Shown piece by piece: positions 10,289 to 20,548 of a stretch of 50,641 nucleotides of DNA (within the stretch, counting starts at the first letter, position 1; each line of letters begins with the position of its first letter). A program made the position numbers and the translations under genes. Source of the stretch: Clostridiales bacterium (GTDB taxonomy: Bacteria > Bacillota > Clostridia > Christensenellales > JAISNN01); the NCBI GenBank assembly GCA_031273825.1, contig JAISRB010000047.1:1-50641 (forward strand), written 5' to 3'. The notes below the pieces were generated by a model, which searched no databases, was not told the DNA's origin, and saw only the letters and a program-made list of their open reading frames with translations.

Positions 10289-10576
10289 TCAATCCTCAAA
10301 ATCCACCGAATGCGAACGCTCGACGACGCCGTGCATATACTTTTTTACCGGTTGATGAACCGGGTGTTCCTTGTATTCGTCAAGCTTTTCTCTCGACTCA
10401 AAACGGCAGACGAGAGCGACGTCAAAGCTTCTCTCCGACGCCAAAAAATCGCAACCCGCCTCGACGCTCAAAAGCGCGGGAATTTTGCCGCGCATAGACA
10501 AAAAATTGTCAACGGCTTTTTGTCTGTTTTCGGCGGTATTATCCTTTAGCTTATATAAGACCACATGCGTTATCAT
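10289..10576 (-). CDS. Dabb family stress-responsive alpha/beta barrel protein
   Basis: MITHVVLYKLK...Y..HP.H...VDFE pattern, 95 aa. Confidence 0.88.
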   Translation of the reverse strand: MITHVVLYKLKDNTAENRQKAVDNFLSMRGKIPALLSVEAGCDFLASERSFDVALVCRFESREKLDEYKEHPVHQPVKKYMHGVVERSHSVDFED

Positions 10577-10588
10577 ATTATATATCTC

Positions 10589-11092
10589 CTATAGTTTTAT
10601 TTTGTCAGAATATTTTGCCGTCAGCACGCCAAGCGGCACCGAAAAGACCGTCTGCAGCAAGCCCGTCAGCACATGCCACACGCCGCCCGCGACTACGAAG
10701 TCGTTCAAAAACAACTCGTAGACAAAATATAAGACCTGCATGACAAGCGAAGCAATCAAAAAAATCACGGCGGTTTTGACGACAGGCTTCAGGTCGTTCA
10801 GCGGCTTTATTCCGCTCTTAAAGAGCAGACAAACGATAAGGGCCATGACCGCCTTGATGATAAGCGTGGCGACGGCGTATTGCGGAGCCAAAATTAGGTC
10901 GGCTATCATCGAGCCTGCGCCCGCCGAAAAGACGGCGTAACCCGTCGGCAAAATCAAACACGCGAGAAAAATAACCGCGTCGCCGAGATGAATATAGCCG
11001 CCCCCCGGCAGTCCTATGCTAAACGTCGTCATGACGGCGGTCATAGCCGTAAGGACTGCGGCGTAAGCTATCTTTTTTGTAGCGGCGTTCAT
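10589..11092 (-). CDS. ECF transporter S component
   Basis: GGYIHLGDAVIF, GAGSMIADL, TLIIKA motifs; hydrophobic 167 aa. Confidence 0.85.
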   Translation of the reverse strand: MNAATKKIAYAAVLTAMTAVMTTFSIGLPGGGYIHLGDAVIFLACLILPTGYAVFSAGAGSMIADLILAPQYAVATLIIKAVMALIVCLLFKSGIKPLNDLKPVVKTAVIFLIASLVMQVLYFVYELFLNDFVVAGGVWHVLTGLLQTVFSVPLGVLTAKYSDKIKL

Positions 11093-11111
11093 GCAAAAAG
11101 ACTCCTTATAA

Positions 11112-14100
11112 TCAAATTTTTATCACAACCGAAAAGCTGTGCTCCTTGAAATGCAATATCTTATAAAGCTTTTTGAGACACGCCATAGCCGGCGTGTCGC
11201 CGCCCACTCCGCGCTGCTTTCCGTCGATATAGACGTGCAGGTTAGGCAATCTCAAAAGCTCGTTCGCGTGCTTTGCGCCCTCTAACATTTCAAGGCTGTA
11301 GGGGTGAACCGACGCCTCGAACGGCGCGCCGCCGTCGGCCTCCACCGTCAACGCTCCGGCGCGGCCCGACAGCGACAGCCACCGCATATCGGTGTGATTT
11401 CCGTTTTCCTGCGGGTGCAGATAGTCGTGAATAAAGTCCTCGGCATTTCCCTCATAGATACCGAGACGCGCCGACGCCTTTCTGTCGGTATAGCATTCGT
11501 GAGGCCCTCCGCCATAAAACCTTACTTCGTCTATGCCGTCCGATAACGCCAGCTTAAAGCCGTAACGAATGAGATTGACAAGAGCCTTGACGCTCATGCT
11601 AAGCTTGATTTCGCCGTTTTTGCAAATTTCATAGCTCGTTTTGAGATAGACCAAATTGGGCATCTTCCACAAAATTTTTACCGTCACCGAATCGCCGTCT
11701 CCGCTCGACGTTACGCTCTTAGGCTTGAGCTTTTTCATGGCCTTTTTGTAGCGGTCAAAGCCGAGCAGCTTTGACAATATAGGCGCTTGCAATACGGTGT
11801 CGTTGTCTATCTGCGCCCTCCAAAAGTTCGGCGTAACCGGCTTGAACAAAAGCTCCGCGCCGTTCTTTTTCAGCGTTACTATACCGCCGGTTTTCTTGTC
11901 TATTCCCACCTCGACCGCATCGTTTTTTACGCTTATCATATCGGCGTTTTCAAAAAGACCGAGAGACATTCTCCCCTCTCCGTGGCTCGGCTTGCGGCGC
12001 GGAAGCTCCTTTGTCAGCATTAGCTGCGCGCTCGCCGCGACGTGTCCCGCGTTAGCGTAAGGCGTATCGTCCGCCGTTATCAGCTCGACCGTCAGATATC
12101 CCTCGCGCCCGTCGGGCACGCTTAGGTCAAAGGGCGCGGCGATACTCTTTTTTTCGTTCGGCGCAATCGACGGCAGCTCGGTTTGACTGCTCTCGACAAG
12201 CTCTCCGTCTATATACTTTGACAAGGCAAGCCCGAACCCGTCGGTAAGGTTGGTAAACATATATTTGTTTTTTATTGAAATTTCGCCGCCCTCTAAGCCG
12301 AATTCTACGCGCGCGTAGCACGCCTTGACCTCATAAAGCGCGGGATTCGGCGACCTATCGGCTCTGACTATTCCGTTAAAGGCAAATACGCCGTCGTTAG
12401 GCTCGTCAAAAAAGTCGCCTCCGTAGCAATATTGCTTGTTGCCGGCCTTGTCAAGGCGCGAAATCGCCTGGTCGGCAAAATCCCATATGTATCCCCCGTG
12501 AAGTCTGTCGTATTTTTCGTATTCCTTTTGATAGTCGTCAAAGTTGCCGAGGCTGTTGCCCATCGCGTGGGCGTATTCGCACTGCAAATACGGCTTATCC
12601 GCATACTTCTTGCCGCTAAAGCGGTAGCCCAGCATCAAATTCCACAAGGCTCTCGAGTGAGTTATGGCCTTGCCCGCGCCTATCCTTTTCATCTTTTCAA
12701 GCGGCGCGTACATTTCGGAAAGCACGTCGGACACCTCCATGGTGTTGTCAGGCTCATAGTGAACGGGGCGCGTAGCGTCGAGCTTTAGCGTCCGCTCCTT
12801 CATGCTCTTAAATACCGAGCCGTTGCCGGCCTCGTTGCCGAGCGACCAAAATATAACGCAGGCGTGGTTTCTAAAGCTGTTTACCATATTTGTCATGCGG
12901 TACAGACAATGCCTTTCCCACTCCGCGCTGTTTCGCGGAATGACGGTCGCGAGACCGTGGGTTTCAAGGTTGCATTCGCTCATGACGAGAATTCCGTATT
13001 TGTCGCACAGCTCATAAAAGAACCGCGCCCCCGGATAATGCGACGTTCTGACCGACGTTATGTTATTCGCCTTTAACAGCTTGATATCGTCCTCCGTCAC
13101 CGAACGCGGAACGGCGTGACCGTAATCGGGGTGAAAGTCGTGGCGGTTTACTCCGCAAACCGCAAGCGGCTTGCCGTTGAGCAAAATAAACGGGCCGCGC
13201 CCGTCTCTCATAGGCGCGATTTCTATACTCCTGAAGCCGAATTTTTGACGTCTGACGTCGACGGGCTTTTCGCCCTCGTAAAGGGCGAAGGTAATGCTGT
13301 ATAGATACGGGTTTTCGTGACTCCAAAGCGTTATGTCCTTTAAGCCGACGACGTCGGCCTTGACGGTTTGCTCCTCGTAGTCGTTTATCACGTCGACGGG
13401 ATAAAAATCCTTATAGATATTTTGACCGTCCGCGTCGTCTATATAAAGCTCTATTCTGCCGCCGTCATAGGCCTTGCGCTTGGCTCTTATCGACGCGTCA
13501 AAGCTGAATTTTGCGACGTCGGCCTCTAATTTGCACCTCAAATACAGGTCGCGTATTTCGACGGCCGGCTTATAGACGAGGTTGACGCTTCTGAATATTC
13601 CGGCGAGCCGCCACATATCCTGATCTTCGAGATAGCTTGCCGCGGTAAATTGATAAACCTTGACGGCAAGCGTATTTTTGCCCTCGGCGACGTAGTCGGT
13701 GACGTCGTATTCGGTCTCCGAAAACGTGTCCGCCGAAAAACCGACAAAGCTGCCGTTGACATAGACCTCGGCCGCGCTGTTTATTCCGCCGAAATTGATA
13801 AAAACGTTTTGACCGACGGGCTTTTTTGCGTCGAATTCTCTGACGTAAAGCCCTACGGGATTTTTTTCGCCGTAGACAAAAGGCGTTTTGGCCTTGTTTT
13901 TTGACTCTAAAGCGTAAGGATATTTTACGTTCGTATAAATCGGCGTTCCGTATCCCTTTATTTGCCATTCAGACGGAACCTCGATATCCTTAAAGCCGCT
14001 CAGGTCGGCGTCCTTTTTATAAAAAAGCGGAGCGTCAAATACGCTCGGGCAGTACAAAAACCTCCAGACGCCGTCGAGACAGACGACGTCCGAGCCGTCG

Positions 14101-14201
14101 TCCGCATAGAGCGGAAAGCCCGCGCCGTTTCTTCTTTCGGTGTTTATATCAAAGACGTTTATGTCGTTCCAAATAGGCTTTTGCGTCAGATTGCTTTTCA
14201 T
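11112..14201 (-). CDS. lacZ: Beta-galactosidase, glycoside hydrolase family 2
   Basis: PIYTN, EDQDMWRLAGIFR, GVNRHD, RTSHYP, WSLGNE, CEYAHAMGNS, GGYIWDFADQ, PQENGN. Confidence 0.93.
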   Translation of the reverse strand: MKSNLTQKPIWNDINVFDINTERRNGAGFPLYADDGSDVVCLDGVWRFLYCPSVFDAPLFYKKDADLSGFKDIEVPSEWQIKGYGTPIYTNVKYPYALESKNKAKTPFVYGEKNPVGLYVREFDAKKPVGQNVFINFGGINSAAEVYVNGSFVGFSADTFSETEYDVTDYVAEGKNTLAVKVYQFTAASYLEDQDMWRLAGIFRSVNLVYKPAVEIRDLYLRCKLEADVAKFSFDASIRAKRKAYDGGRIELYIDDADGQNIYKDFYPVDVINDYEEQTVKADVVGLKDITLWSHENPYLYSITFALYEGEKPVDVRRQKFGFRSIEIAPMRDGRGPFILLNGKPLAVCGVNRHDFHPDYGHAVPRSVTEDDIKLLKANNITSVRTSHYPGARFFYELCDKYGILVMSECNLETHGLATVIPRNSAEWERHCLYRMTNMVNSFRNHACVIFWSLGNEAGNGSVFKSMKERTLKLDATRPVHYEPDNTMEVSDVLSEMYAPLEKMKRIGAGKAITHSRALWNLMLGYRFSGKKYADKPYLQCEYAHAMGNSLGNFDDYQKEYEKYDRLHGGYIWDFADQAISRLDKAGNKQYCYGGDFFDEPNDGVFAFNGIVRADRSPNPALYEVKACYARVEFGLEGGEISIKNKYMFTNLTDGFGLALSKYIDGELVESSQTELPSIAPNEKKSIAAPFDLSVPDGREGYLTVELITADDTPYANAGHVAASAQLMLTKELPRRKPSHGEGRMSLGLFENADMISVKNDAVEVGIDKKTGGIVTLKKNGAELLFKPVTPNFWRAQIDNDTVLQAPILSKLLGFDRYKKAMKKLKPKSVTSSGDGDSVTVKILWKMPNLVYLKTSYEICKNGEIKLSMSVKALVNLIRYGFKLALSDGIDEVRFYGGGPHECYTDRKASARLGIYEGNAEDFIHDYLHPQENGNHTDMRWLSLSGRAGALTVEADGGAPFEASVHPYSLEMLEGAKHANELLRLPNLHVYIDGKQRGVGGDTPAMACLKKLYKILHFKEHSFSVVIKI

Positions 14202-14278
14202 ATTTTATAGTTCTCCCTTGAATAATGAAATTTTTCAATTGTTTTTGCCGCCTTCCCTCTTATTACCCTTGCCTTGTT

Positions 14279-15340
14279 TTACTTTTCAAAAAAATCTCTC
14301 AGCTTTTTTATCCTGTTAGGGTGGCGAAGCTTTCTCAACGCCTTGGCCTCTATCTGTCTTATACGCTCTCTCGTCACGTTAAATTCCTTGCCGACCTCCT
14401 CTAAGGTTCTCGGCTTGCTGTCGTCAAGCCCGTAGCGAAGGCGCAAGACCTTTTCCTCTCTCGGCGTCAGCGTCGTCAAAACGTTGAGAAGCTGCTCCTT
14501 TAGCATGTTGGACTCGGCGTAGTCGGACGGCGCGGCCGCCGAAAAATCCTCGATAAAATCGCCCAGATGGCTGTCGTCCTCCTCTCCGATCGGGGTTTCT
14601 AACGACAGCGGGTCGAGGGCTATTTTTTGAACCTCTATGACCTTTTGCTCCGTCGTATTCAAAAATCTTGCAAGCTCCGACGGATAAGGCTCGCGCCCCA
14701 GCTCCTGAACCAGCTGGCGCGACGCTCTGACCTGACGGTTGATTGTCTCGACCATGTGAACGGGTATTCTTATGGTTCTGGCCTGATCGGCTATCGAGCG
14801 CGTAATAGCCTGACGTATCCACCACGTCGCGTAAGTCGAAAACTTGAAGCCCTTGGTATAATCAAACTTTTCGACGGCCTTCATCAAGCCGAGATTGCCC
14901 TCTTGTATCAAGTCCAAAAACTGCATTCCGCGCCCGACGTACCGCTTTGCGATGCTGACGACAAGCCTTAGGTTGGCCTCGCTAAGCGTCGCTTTCGCCG
15001 TTTCGTCGCCCTCGGACATAGCCTTTGCAAGCTGCATTTCGTCGTCTCCCGACAGCAGGGGAACCTTGCCGATGTCCTTTAAATACATTTTTACCGAATC
15101 GTCTAGGTTGACCTCGTTTAGCATGTCGAGAAGAAGCGCGTCGGTCGTCGTCTGAATAAGCGGCGTTATGGTTATGCCGGCCTCTTCGATAGAATTATGT
15201 ATGTTTTCCATCTCCTCGACGTTCAAGGCAAACCGCTCCATTCTTGTCAGAAGGTCGTCCTCTAACAGCAGCTTGGTCTCTCTGCACTCGGCGATAATGG
15301 CGTCGGTTTCTTGCTTAATCAAAATTTCTCTGTTTTCCAA
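14279..15340 (-). CDS. rpoD: Primary RNA polymerase sigma factor SigA/RpoD
   Basis: [61 protein letters not shown]; follows dnaG. Confidence 0.97.
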   Translation of the reverse strand: MENREILIKQETDAIIAECRETKLLLEDDLLTRMERFALNVEEMENIHNSIEEAGITITPLIQTTTDALLLDMLNEVNLDDSVKMYLKDIGKVPLLSGDDEMQLAKAMSEGDETAKATLSEANLRLVVSIAKRYVGRGMQFLDLIQEGNLGLMKAVEKFDYTKGFKFSTYATWWIRQAITRSIADQARTIRIPVHMVETINRQVRASRQLVQELGREPYPSELARFLNTTEQKVIEVQKIALDPLSLETPIGEEDDSHLGDFIEDFSAAAPSDYAESNMLKEQLLNVLTTLTPREEKVLRLRYGLDDSKPRTLEEVGKEFNVTRERIRQIEAKALRKLRHPNRIKKLRDFFEK

Positions 15341-15402
15341 TCTTTTTCATTCTCCGTTTTTTTATTTTTTTAGGCTTTAGTTAAAAGGCTCTTTCGTGAT
15401 TT

Positions 15403-17337
15403 TTACCTTTTGTATTTGTTTTTTAGTTTGAGCAGCTTTCCTATTTCCGCGGTCAGCAGCGCGCGCTCCTTTATGTCGCTGCGGCCGTCGAGGTCTCTTT
15501 TTAAGGCCTCTATTCCGGCGTTTATTTTTTCTCTCTTAAGCATGGCGACGGAATCGTCAAAATATTTTTTTCCGTCGGCAGCGTTGAGAAAGCCGCCGTT
15601 AAAATTGACTATTTCGCCTACCTCGGGCGTGCTTTCCATCTCGTCATAAAGCGCGGAAACGCGCGGTTCTATGCCGCGCCTTTGACACTCCGCTATATAT
15701 TTCGAAACCGCCGCGTGCGACGCGTCGTCAAAGCAGTCGCCGATTTCGTCAAGGCAAGCCGCATCGGCGTAAGGTTTCTTAAACAAAAACGAATTTAAGA
15801 TAAACCTCGCCGCCTTTTTTGCCGCGGTCGGCTTTTTGACGCTCCCGCGCGCGTCCGCGTCTTGTATTCCTATATCGCCGTAGTCCCCGTCTCCGTAAGC
15901 GTCCGCATAGCCGCCGTTCATATAGCCGTCAAAATTGCCGCCGCCGTCTTGCTCCGCATATTTGCCGCGTCTTTTTGCCGAATCGCGGGCGGGCGCGGGG
16001 TTATTATTATTTTGCTTAAAGCCGCCGTTTATATCCGCGGTTTTGTCAAATTCGCGCTGTATAGCTCCGCGGCTTATTCCGCTAAGCTCGGAGATTAGAC
16101 CGGCATAAGCCTCGGCAAGCACCGCGCTGTCGAGACCGCTCAAAAGCCCGACGGCTTTTTTTGCAAATTTTCCGCGTTCGTCGTTGGAATCGAGGTCAAA
16201 TTCGCGGCTTAGCGCGATGATTTTGTATTCATAAAGCGGCAGAGCCTTTTCCTTCAGCTCCAAAAAATATTCCTTGCCGCGCTTGTTTATTATGTCGTCG
16301 GGGTCGGAGCCGTCGGGCAGAGACATGACCCTCACGTCAAGCCCCTCGGCCGCGAGTATGTCAAGCCCTCTTAGAGCCGCGCTTTGCCCCGCCTTGTCAC
16401 CGTCATAGGCGATATATACCTTGTCGCTATACCGCTTGATTAGGGCGGCCTGATATTTAGTAAAAGCCGTACCCATGCCCGCGACGGCGTTTTTTATGCC
16501 CGCGCCGCTCAACGAAACGAGGTCGATATGCCCCTCGACTAATATGACGTCGTTTATACCGTTTTGCCGCCTCTCCTTTTTGAGCAGATTTACGCCGTAG
16601 AGGTTGCGGCTCTTGTCGAATATCGGGGTCGCGCCCGTATTTTTATATTTTGCCGCGCCTTCCTTGTTTTCCAAAATGCGGCCCGAAAAGCCTATTACGT
16701 CGTCATAAGAGTTGATTATAGGAAAAACCACCCTGAGAGCCATAGCGTCCATAAGCGAGCCGTTTTGCGTGCGCGAAACCGCTCCGCTCTCAATCATCGC
16801 GTCCTCGTCGTAGCCGGCTTTTTTTAAAAAGCCGACAAGCCCGTCAAAGTCGGGAGAATAGCCTATGCCGAAGCGCGTTATGAGATTGTCGTTTATCAGG
16901 CGTTTTTTGAGATAAGCTAAGGCCGCGCCGCCTCTGCTCTTGAGTCGTTCGTGATAATATTGCGCCGTCAGCCTGATTATCGCATAAAGCTTATCCTTTT
17001 TTTGTTTGAGCGCGGCCTGCTTTCCTCCGTCGTCGACAAGCTGCGGCAACGACATATTGGCGTATTTTGCGAGAATCGCGACGGCGTCGGCGTATTCGAC
17101 ATTGTCGATTTCCTCTATAAATCTTATGAGGTCGCCGCTCTTGCCGCAGCCGAAGCAATAATAAAATTGCTCGTACTCGTTTACGGAAAAGGACGGAGTT
17201 TTTTCGTGATGAAAAGGACAGCAAGCAAAGTAGCTTTTGCCCTTTTTAGTCATGCCCGTAACGTAGCGCGATATGACCTCGACAATGTTGAGGCGCGACT
17301 TTAATTCTTCGATAAATTCTTTTGGATATAAGTTCAT
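15403..17337 (-). CDS. dnaG: DNA primase
   Basis: CPFHHEKTPSF / CFGCGKSGD Zn finger, LVEGHID and YDGDKAG TOPRIM motifs, DPDD; ATG at 17337 preferred over the track start 17358. Confidence 0.96.
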   Translation of the reverse strand: MNLYPKEFIEELKSRLNIVEVISRYVTGMTKKGKSYFACCPFHHEKTPSFSVNEYEQFYYCFGCGKSGDLIRFIEEIDNVEYADAVAILAKYANMSLPQLVDDGGKQAALKQKKDKLYAIIRLTAQYYHERLKSRGGAALAYLKKRLINDNLITRFGIGYSPDFDGLVGFLKKAGYDEDAMIESGAVSRTQNGSLMDAMALRVVFPIINSYDDVIGFSGRILENKEGAAKYKNTGATPIFDKSRNLYGVNLLKKERRQNGINDVILVEGHIDLVSLSGAGIKNAVAGMGTAFTKYQAALIKRYSDKVYIAYDGDKAGQSAALRGLDILAAEGLDVRVMSLPDGSDPDDIINKRGKEYFLELKEKALPLYEYKIIALSREFDLDSNDERGKFAKKAVGLLSGLDSAVLAEAYAGLISELSGISRGAIQREFDKTADINGGFKQNNNNPAPARDSAKRRGKYAEQDGGGNFDGYMNGGYADAYGDGDYGDIGIQDADARGSVKKPTAAKKAARFILNSFLFKKPYADAACLDEIGDCFDDASHAAVSKYIAECQRRGIEPRVSALYDEMESTPEVGEIVNFNGGFLNAADGKKYFDDSVAMLKREKINAGIEALKRDLDGRSDIKERALLTAEIGKLLKLKNKYKR

Positions 17338-17463
17338 TTTTATATATAATACGAACAAAAAGGAAAAAGTCCTTTATTTTTATCAAATAAAAAACTAAAA
17401 ACCCAAAATTTAACCGCGTACACATAGAAATCAGACACGTCAATAGCTTTTCTACCGATTTAT

Positions 17464-18015
17464 CTATTCTCTATATCTATTAAAAACCGGTAGCTCCGAA
17501 AGCGGCTTGAAGGCCGTCGCAAAGAGTACTATATTGCAGATTATTTGAGCTGTATAAAAAGGTATGCCGTTTAGATATCTTATGAAAAAAAAGCGGAAGG
17601 TCGGCCGAGAGGTCATAAAAAGCGTATCGATAAAGGACGAGAGTATTCCAAAAAACACCGTCATCAAAACGGCGTAAATCAAAAACGCCCAAAACGCCCT
17701 TGTCCTTTTTGAGATGAGATATGCAAATACGGCGAGGCACGGCCAATATATAAAATAAGTGACGAGATAATATTGAAAGCCCCAAATAAGGCTTTCGACA
17801 GCGCAAAAAATCAGCGTCGCGGGGAGCGCGCGCCTTAGCCCTAAGCGGACGGCATAGAGCGTTATCAGCAGTGTCACCACCTCAACGTTGGGAATGACGG
17901 AAAGAACCGCCTTTCCCCCCGTCAGAGTGGCCGCCAAAAGCCCGATAAGGGCTATATCTCCGGTCGAATATTTCCGCGCGGATTTATTCGCCGATAAAAT
18001 TGTCGGTTTTATCAA
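17464..18015 (-). CDS. ECF S component, probable cobalamin/corrinoid transporter (CbrT-like)
   Basis: K..LS.IPNVEVVTLL motif; hydrophobic; downstream of a cobalamin riboswitch. Confidence 0.75.
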   Translation of the reverse strand: MIKPTILSANKSARKYSTGDIALIGLLAATLTGGKAVLSVIPNVEVVTLLITLYAVRLGLRRALPATLIFCAVESLIWGFQYYLVTYFIYWPCLAVFAYLISKRTRAFWAFLIYAVLMTVFFGILSSFIDTLFMTSRPTFRFFFIRYLNGIPFYTAQIICNIVLFATAFKPLSELPVFNRYRE

Positions 18016-18124
18016 TGTGTTTCCCTCATAAACAAGAACTCTATATGCGGGTTTATATCCCCGGTCGAATATTTACGCAACACCGGCTTTATCAATATGT
18101 TCCCTTTATAAACAAGAGCTCTAT
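17952..18124. repeat. Diverged tandem duplication of the lipoprotein/S-component gene junction, creating a 27-aa mini-ORF at 18012-18095 (-)
   Basis: ggttttatcaatgtgtttccctcataaacaagaactctat (~18005) vs ggctttatcaatatgttccctttataaacaagagctctat (~18085); tatatctccggtcgaatattt (~17953) vs tatatccccggtcgaatattt (~18054). Confidence 0.85.
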
Positions 18125-18631
18125 CCCGTCCGACAGCGGAATGGACGATATGCCTAAGTTTGACGAATAATAGGTCTTGCCGCCGTAGACGACGGGCTTG
18201 CTCCATTCCTTATCCATGAGAACGTCGTTAAACGAATCGTCTGCTAATCTTAGGTATATCGCCACATAGCCGTTTGTTTCCGGGTTGAGCGTCAAGCCTT
18301 GGAGCGTGTCAAAAAATAAGCCGTAAGCCGACACCGTGCCGGTAAAGGAAAGCTTGCCCGCGTCGCTCAGCTCGGAAAGTACGGCATAGCCGTATAACGC
18401 CTCGGTCTCATGCTCAAAGGTCAAAGCGGCCGCGCCTTCCGGGAGCGTGTTTTTTTCCGCATCAAGCCCGACGGCGTAAGCGTCGACGATAAAAACCCTT
18501 ACCGTCTTTGCCCCCTCCTCCGGATCGGGCCTTAAAAACGACTGCAACCATTTGCAGGACGACAGCGAAAACGTCGCTATTATAAGCAGCGCGGCAAATA
18601 AAACCGCCTTTTGAAACGATATTTTTTTCAT
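18092..18631 (-). CDS. Lipoprotein, probable corrinoid-binding partner (DUF4430-like)
   Basis: Lipobox LSSC; SAYGLFFDTLQG and GISSIPLSDG motifs resemble DUF4430/transcobalamin-like domains; first gene after the riboswitch. Confidence 0.6.
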   Translation of the reverse strand: MKKISFQKAVLFAALLIIATFSLSSCKWLQSFLRPDPEEGAKTVRVFIVDAYAVGLDAEKNTLPEGAAALTFEHETEALYGYAVLSELSDAGKLSFTGTVSAYGLFFDTLQGLTLNPETNGYVAIYLRLADDSFNDVLMDKEWSKPVVYGGKTYYSSNLGISSIPLSDGIELLFIKGTY

Positions 18632-18780
18632 GATAAACTCCTTTTTATCCTTGTATTTTTTTATAACAACCGCTAACTCGCGGAATATTAGTTTTAGGCG
18701 GTTCTATACCGCGGTTATCCGGAGTATTTTTGTGTCCGTAAGCGCGGAGACCGCAAGCCGTCGTTCCGCGCCTTGCAATC

Positions 18781-18816
18781 AAAAAAAGACTCCTTTTCAC
18801 AACGAAAAAGAGTCTC
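18781..18816 (-). terminator. Intrinsic terminator/attenuator of the riboswitch leader
   Basis: Minus strand GAGACTCTTTTTCGTTGTGAAAAGGAGTCTTTTTTT: stem-loop plus U tract. Confidence 0.8.
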
Positions 18817-18895
18817 CCAAAAAGACATACGGACAAAAGCCGGATGGCGGCCGCTTTAGAGAAACCCTCCCGTCGAAGGTCAAAGCACAATCAAA

Positions 18896-19105
18896 AATGC
18901 GGCTCGGGTATTCCGGCTTGTGAGACGGCGGCTTACGGGCTATTGACTCGTATATTTATCCGCGGATTCCGCATATACGGCCTTCCCCGGCTTTTTCGCC
19001 CAGTGACCGCGGATTATTAAAAACCCGAACCTATGCAAAATCAAATCTCAACTACGGCAGCGAGGGCTGCGCGGGATTTTGACCCGCTTCCCCGACTCGC
19101 GCATT
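18896..19105 (-). ncRNA. Cobalamin (B12) riboswitch
   Basis: Minus strand GGGAAGCGGGTCAAAATCCCGCGCAGCCCTCGCTGCCGTA ... GTCACTGGG...GGGAAGGCC ... AAGCCGGAATACCCG (B12 box); ends pair (AATGCG/CGCATT). Confidence 0.88.
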
Positions 19106-19129
19106 CGTATTAAGTTTTTATTGTCTTTT

Positions 19130-19158
19130 ATTATATTACTAAATTCAAAAAACGTCAA
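19130..19158 (-). promoter_or_regulatory. SigA-type promoter of the riboswitch leader
   Basis: TTGACG-N17-TATAAT on minus strand. Confidence 0.75.
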
Positions 19159-19252
19159 GCGTTTTAGCGTGTCTCGCCCGCAATTTAGATTTTTTTAGAT
19201 TTTCCACTTTCTTTCCCACTGCCCGCCCCCTAATTTAACCGCAATCGATTGA

Positions 19253-19282
19253 TTGACAATCAAGCGGCGTTTATGTTATTAT
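19253..19282 (+). promoter_or_regulatory. SigA-type promoter of fprA
   Basis: TTGACA-N18-TATTAT with TG extension. Confidence 0.55.
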
Positions 19283-19339
19283 TATGTCCGCTTAGGATAT
19301 ATACGATAATAATAATAAACGACTTTAGGAGGCAGGCTT

Positions 19340-20548
19340 ATGCATTCGGTTAAACGCATCAACGGAGACGTGTTTTGGGTCGGCGGCGACGACAAGAGGA
19401 TATCGCTTTTTGAAAACGTCTTTCCCGTTCCGAACGGTATGGCATATAATTCATATCTCATAAACGACGAAAAGACCCTCCTGCTCGACGCCGTAGACAA
19501 GGCGGTTGGGCGGGTGTTTTTTGAAAACCTTACGCACGCTCTGCAAGGGCGGCCGCTCGATTATGCGGTCATAAACCACATGGAACCCGACCATTGCGCC
19601 GTATTGCCGGAGCTTATTTCGCGCTATCCCGACATGCGGATAGTCGGAAACGCAAAGACGGCGGCTATGATAAGACAGTTTTTTGACTTTGACCCGGACG
19701 AACGGATATTAAAGGTTGCCGACGGAGATATTTTGAATACCGGCCGTCATACCTTCAAATTTATTTTTGCGCCGATGGTGCATTGGCCCGAGGTCATGAC
19801 GACCTATGACCAAACCGATTGCGCGCTCTATTCCGCCGACGCTTTCGGCAGCTTCGGCGCGCACGGCGGCAGTATATTCGCCGACGACGCCGGCTTTAAA
19901 GACAACCCCGCGCTCGTCGCCGAAATGCGCCGCTATTATTGCAACATAGTCGGCAAATACGGCGCGCAGGTTCAGGCTCTGCTAAAAAAGACGCAAGCCC
20001 TCGACATAAAAGCCGTTCTCCCGCTCCACGGGCCGGTATGGCGCGGCGCGGAGGATATCGGCTTTGTCATAGACAAGCACTCAAAGTGGAGCGCGTATAT
20101 TCCCGAGGAAAGGGCGGTGGTAATCGCCTACGGCTCTATATACGGCCACACCGAAAACGCCGTCAATATCCTTGCCGGAATGCTCAACGACGCGGGAATG
20201 AAAAACGTCTCGCTATACGACGTGTCGTCGACGCATTCGTCGGTCATCGTGGCGGAGGCCTTTCGCGCCGACCGCCTCGTCCTCGCCTCGCCTACCTATA
20301 ACGCGGCAATCTTTCCCCCTATGGAATCACTGATTTTGGCTCTCAAAGCGCACAACCTCCAAAACCGAAGCGTCGCCCTCATCGAAAACGGCTCGTGGGC
20401 TCCGACCGCCGGCGGCCTCATGAAAGAATTGCTGTCGCAGATGAAAAACATAAGGCTGTCCGGTGAAGTTCTTTCAATAAAATCCGCGTTGAATAGCGAA
20501 AAGCTTGAGGAGTTGAAAGCGTTGGCGGCAGTGATCGGTGAACAGTAG
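19340..20548 (+). CDS. fprA: Flavodiiron protein (A-type flavoprotein; metallo-beta-lactamase + flavodoxin)
   Basis: YNSYLI, NHMEPDH, PMVHWPE, SADAFG, PLHGPVW, YGSIYGHT, SPTYN. Confidence 0.93.
   Translation: MHSVKRINGDVFWVGGDDKRISLFENVFPVPNGMAYNSYLINDEKTLLLDAVDKAVGRVFFENLTHALQGRPLDYAVINHMEPDHCAVLPELISRYPDMRIVGNAKTAAMIRQFFDFDPDERILKVADGDILNTGRHTFKFIFAPMVHWPEVMTTYDQTDCALYSADAFGSFGAHGGSIFADDAGFKDNPALVAEMRRYYCNIVGKYGAQVQALLKKTQALDIKAVLPLHGPVWRGAEDIGFVIDKHSKWSAYIPEERAVVIAYGSIYGHTENAVNILAGMLNDAGMKNVSLYDVSSTHSSVIVAEAFRADRLVLASPTYNAAIFPPMESLILALKAHNLQNRSVALIENGSWAPTAGGLMKELLSQMKNIRLSGEVLSIKSALNSEKLEELKALAAVIGEQ

Noticed and set aside
432-17443. Many short overlapping or antisense ORFs in the track (e.g. 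432-776, 3745-4236, 4451-4903, 14424-14825)
   Set aside because: Shadows of well-supported genes on the other strand or frame; no motifs or SD
18012-18206. 64-aa ORF from the track
   Set aside because: The 5' two-thirds overlaps the lipoprotein out of frame; only the 18012-18095 part is explained by the junction duplication
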